This document shows, piece after piece, positions 58,001 through 64,000 of a stretch of DNA of 64,000 bases. The stretch is taken from contig BTVJ01000004.1 of the NCBI GenBank assembly GCA_045863395.1, positions 152,132 through 216,131 of the forward strand. Reading direction: 5' to 3'. This DNA comes from Myxococcales bacterium. GTDB taxonomy: Bacteria; Myxococcota_A; UBA9042; JABWCM01; BTVJ01. A model generated the notes under the pieces. That model had not been told where the DNA came from, searched no databases, and saw only the letters and a program-made list of their open reading frames with translations. A program made the translations under genes and the position numbers. Position 1 is the first letter of the stretch, and every line of letters begins with the position of its first letter.

Positions 58001-59930
58001 TCGTATCGATGCGGAACGTGTCGAGCACGCGGCGCTCCCCGTCCCCCAGCCGCAGCGTCGTCGCCACCTGGTTGACCACCCGCAGGCCGAAGTGGTCGAG
58101 GATGGGGAGGATGTCCGTCAGGTAGATGTTCTCGCGCTCGTAGATGCGCAGGAGGATGGCTCCGGGCTCCGGCGCCCGAAGAACGCGGAAGGCGACCTGG
58201 CGGTCTCCGAGCTGCTCCAGGTGCTCGATGTCGACGAGCGCCTCCTCGGCGGTCGTCGTCTCCTGGTAGCTGTCGGGGAAGGACGCCGCCCAGCGCGTGT
58301 AGAGGCTCTCGGCGCGCTCCACCCCGAAGCGGGCCTCCAGCACGTGGCGCAGGCGGTCGGTCCACGGGCTGCACAGCGCGACGATCTCCTGCTCGAGCAG
58401 GTGCTCGTCCACCGCATGGAAGCCCTCGCCACCCGTCAGGTAGAAGTGGAGCACCACGGCCTTGTAGCGCCCCACCGACACCCGGTGGTCTGCGTAGGTC
58501 GCCCCGAGGCGGCCGACCACCAGGTCCTGGAGCCGCGAGCGCAGCTCGTCGTCGTAGATCTCCGTCGGCAGAACGATGAACAGGTAGGCGCTGTGCTTGC
58601 GGGCGCTGATGGAGATGTGCGTGGTGATGCGGTGCTCCCGCTCCGACTGGAGGGTCCGCTGGATGAGCTTGCGTATGTCCCCGATGGACCCGTTGAAGAG
58701 GTACTCCACCGGCAGCGAGTTGAACGCGTTGGTGGTCGCCTTCCACAGGTAGCTCTCGGGCAGGACCTCCTCGTCCTTCAGGACCTGCTGGAGCTTCGAG
58801 GTGAGCATGGGGATGGTCGCCCCGTGCGCGCTGATCGCCTTGAAGGTGAACAGGCCGTGGATGCTCACCCCGCCGTTGGGGTTGCCGTCGTCGTCGAAGG
58901 TGCGGATCAGCACCTCGTCGATGAGGCCCGGGCGATGGACCAGGGACTCCTCCAGGGCCTTGCGCACCTCGATGAAGGGGGGCTCGGCGGGGCGGTCCAG
59001 GCGCAGGAAGGCGCGGGTCTCCGCCGTGAGCACGCCGCTCGGCTGGGTGTTCCCGGCCATGAGGCCGAGGCCCTCCGACGGCACGACCCGGATGTCGGCT
59101 CCCTCGCCGACCGCGTAGTGGGAGAGCCCCATGAAGACGAAGTTCTCTGCCGCCAGCCAGTGCAGGAACTCGCGGCCCTCCTGGAAGTACCGGGCCCGGT
59201 CCGGGTGCACGCGGGGCAGGAACTCGTAGTCGTTGGCCACGTCCTTCGTGGCCTTGAGCATGCGGTAGAAGTCGCGCACCACCATCTGGGACATGCGCAG
59301 ACGGCTGTGGAGCTCCTGGCGGTAGACCTCGCGCACCTCGGCGCTGTCGACACGCTCGATGAGGATGCGGCAGTAGGACTCGTTGACCGCGCCCTCCACC
59401 CCGGCCCCGATGGCCTCGGTGCGCCCGTCCCCGTCCCGCCGGACGGGGATGATCACGTTGACGCTCTTGAGGACCCGGACCTCCAGGTTCTGGAACAGGA
59501 GCAGGATCGTGTCGAAGATGAAGGGCTGGTCCTTCATGCTGGTCTCGACGACGGTCTTGTCCAGGTCGTAGCCGTTGTCCGCCTCGGTCGGGTTGAACAC
59601 CCGGACCCTGATGGTCGGCGAGACGCGCTTCGACAAGAACCGCAGTGAGTCGCGGAGCTGAGCCACCAGGTGCGCGAGCGGGTGCCCGAGCAGGTAGCGG
59701 TCGTCCACCCGCCGCAGGAACGTGCGGGCGAAGGTGGTCAGCACCGCCGGGTCGAGCAGCGAGGGCTCGCCGCTCGTGTCCTTCAGGCTCTGGACGATGT
59801 CCTCGATGAGCTGATCCCGATAGGTCTCGCGCCGGCCTGCGTCATGGGTGGGGGGTTCGGGTTCGGGCGCGCGGGCGCGGGTCTTTCGCGGTGGCTGCGG
59901 GCTCGGTGCTTGCGGGTCCAGATCGGCCAT
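55044..59930 (-). CDS. gdhB: Large NAD-specific glutamate dehydrogenase
   Basis: 1628 aa; EGIHLRGGKVARGGLRWSDR; VKN..IVPVGAKGGF; VVAADKGTA; GIGDMSGDVFGNG. Confidence 0.95.
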   Translation of the reverse strand: MADLDPQAPSPQPPRKTRARAPEPEPPTHDAGRRETYRDQLIEDIVQSLKDTSGEPSLLDPAVLTTFARTFLRRVDDRYLLGHPLAHLVAQLRDSLRFLSKRVSPTIRVRVFNPTEADNGYDLDKTVVETSMKDQPFIFDTILLLFQNLEVRVLKSVNVIIPVRRDGDGRTEAIGAGVEGAVNESYCRILIERVDSAEVREVYRQELHSRLRMSQMVVRDFYRMLKATKDVANDYEFLPRVHPDRARYFQEGREFLHWLAAENFVFMGLSHYAVGEGADIRVVPSEGLGLMAGNTQPSGVLTAETRAFLRLDRPAEPPFIEVRKALEESLVHRPGLIDEVLIRTFDDDGNPNGGVSIHGLFTFKAISAHGATIPMLTSKLQQVLKDEEVLPESYLWKATTNAFNSLPVEYLFNGSIGDIRKLIQRTLQSEREHRITTHISISARKHSAYLFIVLPTEIYDDELRSRLQDLVVGRLGATYADHRVSVGRYKAVVLHFYLTGGEGFHAVDEHLLEQEIVALCSPWTDRLRHVLEARFGVERAESLYTRWAASFPDSYQETTTAEEALVDIEHLEQLGDRQVAFRVLRAPEPGAILLRIYERENIYLTDILPILDHFGLRVVNQVATTLRLGDGERRVLDTFRIDTTSVAVDLGKDYERFIDGLYAVFERRMASDRLNGLLVQTAVSWKEVDLIRAYLNYSRLLASPYAHETVQGVLIDNPQVFQTLVELFRARFDPDLPDVARGARVAEVKEHLFDQLRVIKSYVDDRVLRSFFNLIEATLRTNFYRDGRLAHYISLKLDCPRVELMPDPRPRWEIYVHHADMEGIHLRGGKVARGGLRWSDRLDDYRAEILGLMMTQQVKNTLIVPVGAKGGFIVRAQAATIEERRQAADSMYKWLIRGLLDVTDNRVNGGVVPPPRVVRYDDDDPYLVVAADKGTAHLSDTANGLAVDEYGFWLGDAFASGGSAGYDHKKMAITALGAWECVKRHFRELGLHPERDVITVAGIGDMSGDVFGNGLILSKSVKLLAAFNHAHVFIDPSPDPAASWAERKRLFELPRSRWSDYDAALLSHGGGIYDRTAKAIELSPEAQAMLDVGRSTLSADEVVNAILKMKVDLLWNGGIGTYVKASTEDHRDAHDKANDRVRIDATELRARIIGEGGNLGFTQKGRIEAGLLGVRLNTDAVDNAGGVNLSDHEVNLKVLLTPMVRAGRMSLEERDALLVEVAGQCAEDVIRDNYHQSLRLSLDERRSKRDLFMFGRALHRLKHAGICTPRNENLPIIKTLRARAAAGQGMTRPELATAGAFIKMWVYRELLNAPRRDQESAALFLERYFPKTVWRRFGKDILEHMLAHEIVCTVQTNLTVDFGGTSLYTVCMNETDRPIPDIARAYVLANDILGAWEIKDEILRLDWAVPAEAQYEALTLLEDALRDATLWLLHELSPDALFEVHTDRVAALRLGVDALQSCTPACLSEGERATLKEGTERLAKAGLPAPLVERLKRAFLGGFALPILSVAEATDVAPAQAAEVFFALGDALKLIDLSRRLDLHVTDDRWEALAMRRMRRMFQMWHVELARKTVNHLEHPSSAAAAVEVPGSALASLATDLADAARDGFRLSALVVLSERFRKVVQAA

Positions 59931-60101
59931 GCTCGTCCTCGCTGTGCGTGCGTCGTGCGCCGGGGGCCGTGCCGGGACCCCCGAGCCGGGCGCATCATAT
60001 GCCCGCGATGCGCGGGCGGCAACGGCTCAAGTGGGGTTGGTTGTGGTATTGGGCCAGGCGCGGTCGTATACTGGCGTCATCGATCACGACAGGAGAGTGC
60101 G

Positions 60102-60704
60102 ATGCGAAGCAGGCGGAAGGAGAGCGGCTTCACGCTGCTCGAGCTCATGGTCACCGTGGTCATCCTGTCCATCCTCGCGGTGGTCGCCGTGGCGTCCTAC
60201 AAGCGCTACTCCATGGCGGCGCGCACGCAGGAGGCGATCAACTTCCTCTACGAGATCAAGATGAAGCAGGAGACGTACTACCAAGCCTACGGGCAGTACG
60301 TGACGGCGGACTGGTCGTCTCCCTTCCTCTTCATCGGGACGGTGGGGGACCCATCCTCAGCCACGCCCAACCAGTGGGAGTTCGACTGCACCAGCAGCGA
60401 CGCGACGACCCGCGGCTGGTGCGACCTGGGCGCGAGGACGGGCTTCAACGAGTGCCCGACGGAGGCAGGCATCCAGTGCACCTGGTTCCGCTTCACGACG
60501 ACCGGGTGGGCGCCAGGAGCGCCGGACCCCGGCGCGGTGACCATCGCCGACAGGACCATGGACCCCGCGATCCGCGACACCACGCGGCGCTGGTGGTACG
60601 CCGCGGCGGAGGGGGACCTGGACTTCGACGGCGAGGCGAGCGGCTACTGGATCACCTCGGAGCTCAACCAGGTGGTCGAGCTCTGGAACGGCGCGAAGTA
60701 CTGA
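60102..60704 (+). CDS. Type IV pilin-like protein
   Basis: MRSRRKESG|FTLLELMVTVVILSILAVVA; AGGAG RBS; C-terminal AEGDLDFDG; TATACT -10 box at 60067. Confidence 0.92.
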   Translation: MRSRRKESGFTLLELMVTVVILSILAVVAVASYKRYSMAARTQEAINFLYEIKMKQETYYQAYGQYVTADWSSPFLFIGTVGDPSSATPNQWEFDCTSSDATTRGWCDLGARTGFNECPTEAGIQCTWFRFTTTGWAPGAPDPGAVTIADRTMDPAIRDTTRRWWYAAAEGDLDFDGEASGYWITSELNQVVELWNGAKY

Positions 60705-60707
60705 CCC

Positions 60708-62528
60708 CTACATCTCCTCCAGCGTCTCGATCCCCAACACCCCGAGCCCCATGCGCAGCGCCGCCCCGGCCGCGGCCACCAGGGTCAGGCGCGCCGCCTG
60801 GAGCGCCGGCTCCGAGCCGACCACCTGGTGGTCCCGGCTGTTCTGGAAGCCGTTGTAGGCGCGGGCGAGGGCGTAGAGCTGGCTGCACAGGCGGCTCGGG
60901 TCGTAGCTGGCCGCGGCCTCCGGGAGCACCCGCGCCAGCTCGACGATCTCCAGGGCCACGCGGTGCTCCTCGGGGGTCGCGAGCAGGGAGAGGTCGGCCA
61001 GGGGAGGTGCGGTGACACCCGCCTTGCGCAGGATGCTGCGGCTCCGGGCGTAGGCGTAGAGCAGGTAGGGGCCGGTCTCTCCGTCGAAGCTGATGGACGC
61101 CTCCGGGTCGTACTTGATGGCGCTCTGGGGCGAGAAGCGCAGCACGAAGAACTTGAGGCCGGCGAGCCCGATGCGCTCGGCGCGGTGGGCCTTCTCAGCC
61201 GGGGGCAGATCCGGGTAGCGGCGCTCCACCTCGACGGCGGCGAGGCGGTGCAGCTCGTCCATGAGGTCGTCGGCGTCCACGACGGTGCCCTCCCGCGACT
61301 TCATGCGGCCGCTCGGAAGGTTGACCATGCCGTAGCTCAGATGGCGGCAGCGGCTCCCGAGGCCGGGCTCGACGAGATCCAGGATGCCGAAGAGCACGCG
61401 GAAGTGGTGGTTCTGCTCGTCGGCCACCACGTAGACCATGCGGTCCGGGGAGCGCTCGTCGGCGCGCCTCTTGGCTGTGCCGAGGTCCTGCGTCATGTAG
61501 ACGCTCGTGCCGTCACCGCGCAGCAGGACCTTGGTGCCCTCGACGCCCTTCAGCGCGAGCTGGGCCAGGTCGCACACCACGGCGCCGTCCGGCAGGCGCT
61601 GGAACACGCCCCGGTCGAGCCCCTGCTGGACGATCTCCTTGCCGAGCACGTAGGTCTCGCTCTCCTTCTGCACCCACTGGAAGGACACGCCCATGCGCCG
61701 GTAGGTGGCCTCGAAGCCCTCGAAGACCCAGCCGTTCATCGTCGCCCACAGCTCTCGCACCGCCGGGTCGCCCTGCTCCCAGGCCACCAGCATGGCCCGT
61801 GCCTCGGTTCCGAGTGAGGAGTGCTCGGAGTTGAAGAACTCCTCTCGCTCCAAGGTGCCGCCCGCGGTGCGCCAGGCCTCGTGCTCCGCGCGGAACGCCG
61901 CCTCGAACTGCACGTAGAGGTCACCCACGTAGTGGTCGCCCTTCTTGCCGACGTCGGCGGGGGCACGCCCCTCGGCGAAGCGCCGGTAGGCGACCATGGA
62001 CTTGCAGATGTGGATTCCCCGATCGTTGACCAGGTTGGTGCGGACCACGTCGAAGCCCTCGTGGGCCAGCAGCTCGGAGACCGCCGCCCCGAGCAGGTTG
62101 TTGCGGACGTGCCCCAGGTGCTGCGGCTTGTTCGTGTTGGGGGAGCTGAACTCGACGATGACGCGCTTGCCCGCACCCCGGTCGCCGTCGGCGAAGTGGT
62201 CCGGGTCGCGCAGGACGTGGCGGAGCGTCGCGTCGGCAGTGGCGGCCGGGTCGAGGCGCAGGTTGACGAAGCCGCCCGCCGCCTCGGCGCCCGCGACCCC
62301 CGGGACGCCGACCAAGGAAGCGGCGACCACGGACGCGATGGCCTGCGGGGCCTGGCGCAGGGCCTTCGCCAGAGTGAAGCACGGGAAGGCCAGGTCGCCC
62401 ATGTCGGGCTTGGGCGGGCGCACGATACCGATGCCGCGTGCCTCCTCGGCGGAGATGCCGGTGGCGAGGAGCGCGACGCGGACCTGGTGGTCGATGCCTT
62501 CGAGGAGCTGCTGGATGGTGTCGGCCAT
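60708..62528 (-). CDS. argS: Arginine--tRNA ligase
   Basis: GDLAFPCF; EFSSPNTNKPQHLGHVRN; MKSREG; GETGPYLLYAYAR; ends LGIETLEEM. Confidence 0.97.
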   Translation of the reverse strand: MADTIQQLLEGIDHQVRVALLATGISAEEARGIGIVRPPKPDMGDLAFPCFTLAKALRQAPQAIASVVAASLVGVPGVAGAEAAGGFVNLRLDPAATADATLRHVLRDPDHFADGDRGAGKRVIVEFSSPNTNKPQHLGHVRNNLLGAAVSELLAHEGFDVVRTNLVNDRGIHICKSMVAYRRFAEGRAPADVGKKGDHYVGDLYVQFEAAFRAEHEAWRTAGGTLEREEFFNSEHSSLGTEARAMLVAWEQGDPAVRELWATMNGWVFEGFEATYRRMGVSFQWVQKESETYVLGKEIVQQGLDRGVFQRLPDGAVVCDLAQLALKGVEGTKVLLRGDGTSVYMTQDLGTAKRRADERSPDRMVYVVADEQNHHFRVLFGILDLVEPGLGSRCRHLSYGMVNLPSGRMKSREGTVVDADDLMDELHRLAAVEVERRYPDLPPAEKAHRAERIGLAGLKFFVLRFSPQSAIKYDPEASISFDGETGPYLLYAYARSRSILRKAGVTAPPLADLSLLATPEEHRVALEIVELARVLPEAAASYDPSRLCSQLYALARAYNGFQNSRDHQVVGSEPALQAARLTLVAAAGAALRMGLGVLGIETLEEM

Positions 62529-62650
62529 GGGACCCTCCGGTGAGGGCGGGAGGTTACTCCCGCGCCTGGCGGGGGTCAACGTGACAGGGGGAGCGGGGGC
62601 GTGGTAGACGGTACGGCCGCGCCACGGTGGCGCCCCACACGGAGGAGAGC

Positions 62651-63109
62651 ATGGCACGCATCGTCAACGGCATCGAGGGGCTCCGCGCCCTCGCGGGGCA
62701 GGACCTCGGCCACAGCGAGTGGATGACAATCGACCAGGCCCGCGTCAGCGCCTTCGCGGACGTCACCCTGGACCACCAGTGGATCCACCTGGACGCGGAG
62801 CGGGCAAAGGCCGAGTCGCCCTTCGGCGGGACGGTGGCCCACGGCTTCCTCACCCTGTCGGTGATGCCCCACCTGCTCGACCAGGTCATCCAGGTGACCG
62901 GCGTCAAGATGGCGGTCAACTACGGCCTGAACAAGCTGCGCTTCCCGGCGCCGGTGGTCACGGGGAGCCGCATCCGCCTGGGCATCGTCGCGCCGGCCGT
63001 CGAGGAGATCCGGGGCGGGGTGCAGATCCAGCTCGACTGCACGATCCAGGTGGAGGGCTCGGAGAAGCCCGCGCTCGTCGCCGAGGTGCTGTTCCGCTAC
63101 TACGGCTGA
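62651..63109 (+). CDS. MaoC-family dehydratase (NodN-like)
   Basis: FADVTLDHQWIH; TVAHGFLTLS; NYGLNKLRFPAPV; GGAGGAG RBS. Confidence 0.93.
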   Translation: MARIVNGIEGLRALAGQDLGHSEWMTIDQARVSAFADVTLDHQWIHLDAERAKAESPFGGTVAHGFLTLSVMPHLLDQVIQVTGVKMAVNYGLNKLRFPAPVVTGSRIRLGIVAPAVEEIRGGVQIQLDCTIQVEGSEKPALVAEVLFRYYG

Positions 63110-63202
63110 CCGCTCGCATCCTCCGCAACGCTGCCCGGTGATGGCCGAAGCAGCGCGCCGGCGGCCTGCAGATGTGCGGGCGCCATGGCACCGGAGGACT
63201 CC

Positions 63203-64000
63203 ATGGCGGGAAGGCGGCTCGTCGGCAAGCAGCGGACACCCTGGCAGTGGCTCTACTTCGAGGTGCTCCACCACGTGGCGGGCGGCGCGCTGCGCCGGGA
63301 GATCTCCGTGGGGAGGGTCCCGCTGCGCCTCGACGCCGCCCTGATCGGGGGCGCGCCTGGCCCGGATCAGGGGCGCCCCATGCCGGACATCCTCTCGAGA
63401 CTCTGGCCCTGCACGCTGATGGAGTACAAGGGCCCGAACGAGCCCCTCCGAACCGGCGAGCTCCACCACCTGGTCGGCTGCGCCTGGCTGGCCCTGGGCT
63501 CCGAGCTGTCTCACATTCCCCACGCGGACGTCGGCCTCCACGTGGTGGCACCTTCGATGACCCGCGCCTTCCTCGGCGACGCAGCGCGAGCCGGCGCGAC
63601 CGTCGAGGAGGAGAAGCCGGGGGTCCATCGGATCGGGGGGCTCGCGCTCCCCTGCATGGTCTTCGAAGCCAGGATCATTGGGCGAGACAACCCCGCTCTC
63701 GCGGTGCTGGACCCTCGGACCTACCGTGAGCCCGACCTGGTCAGGTCCCTCCGCGTCGACTGGAGCGAGATCCTGTGCTACGTTTACGACCTGATTCGCG
63801 GGCTCGATCCCGCACTGGAGGCCACCATGACGCAACGTGATGCCCGAACCCTCTCTGAGTTCGAGAAACGCGTCCGGGCCCAGATGTTCAAGGACGCCTC
63901 CTTCGAGGAGAGGCTCGAGGGGGTGCCGCCCGAGGAGAGGCTCAGGGGGGTGCCGCCCGAGGAGAGGCTCAGGGGGGTGCCGCCCGAGGAGAGGCTCAGG
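63203..64000 (+). CDS. Rpn-like PD-(D/E)xK nuclease-fold protein with C-terminal PEERLRGV repeats, 3'-truncated by window edge (absent from supplied ORF track)
   Basis: GGAGG RBS + ATG 63203; open to window end; PLRLD...LMEYKGP motif; C-terminal 9-aa repeats. Confidence 0.7.
   Translation, partial: MAGRRLVGKQRTPWQWLYFEVLHHVAGGALRREISVGRVPLRLDAALIGGAPGPDQGRPMPDILSRLWPCTLMEYKGPNEPLRTGELHHLVGCAWLALGSELSHIPHADVGLHVVAPSMTRAFLGDAARAGATVEEEKPGVHRIGGLALPCMVFEARIIGRDNPALAVLDPRTYREPDLVRSLRVDWSEILCYVYDLIRGLDPALEATMTQRDARTLSEFEKRVRAQMFKDASFEERLEGVPPEERLRGVPPEERLRGVPPEERLR
63905..64000 (+). repeat. 27-bp coding tandem repeat, at least 3.5 copies
   Basis: Unit GAGGAGAGGCTC(AGG/GAG)GGGGTGCCGCCC encodes EERL(R/E)GVPP and continues past the edge. 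Confidence 0.95.

Noticed and set aside
56727..59648. 973-aa plus-strand ORF (and similar long ORFs at 13804-17163, 16553-19366, 35206-37455, 47534-50500)
   Set aside because: Antisense to gdhB, SNF2, Lon or cytochrome genes; codon-bias mirror artefacts
63905..64000. 27-bp repeats as a possible CRISPR array
   Set aside because: Head-to-tail with no spacers, length a multiple of 3 and in frame within a CDS; no cas genes
1..64000. Prophage, integrative element or IS
   Set aside because: No integrase, transposase with terminal repeats, phage structural genes or evident compositional island

Overview
A very GC-rich, gene-dense chromosomal segment with about 48 real CDSs. It is most likely from a Myxococcota/deltaproteobacterial genome, inferred from a MYXO-CTERM-like sorting tail, many Cys-rich Ca-binding-repeat lipoproteins, a TPR-PEGA protein and GDLDxDG-type pilins. 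Housekeeping genes include argS, the large NAD-glutamate dehydrogenase, ino1, aat, a LonC-type protease with a USP, a SNF2/SWIM pair, an ABC1 kinase and a monofunctional transglycosylase. These are interspersed with many exported or surface proteins: CARDB/MopE, OmpA-TSP3, serpin, triple Kazal, IgGFc-binding, a 9-heme cytochrome c and two type IV pilins. I found no rRNA, tRNA, CRISPR array, integrase or clear IS. Most long ORFs in the supplied track are antisense or frame-shadow artefacts. The most notable observations are: (1) a sigma54/IHF/enhancer-driven operon of two divergent paralogous small secreted proteins, placed back-to-back with a 4x PH/GRAM-like plus PilZ c-di-GMP receptor; (2) an Rpn-like PD-(D/E)xK gene at the right edge with an in-frame internal RBS+ATG just before 27-bp tandem repeats, a candidate gene-within-a-gene toxin/antitoxin; (3) four sigma54 promoters (pilin, serpin, secreted pair, ino1); (4) a recurring leaderless-promoter architecture; (5) a candidate ~123-nt structured RNA; (6) surface protease inhibitors with diversified reactive sites. 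All family assignments come from motif recognition by eye, and no database searches were run.
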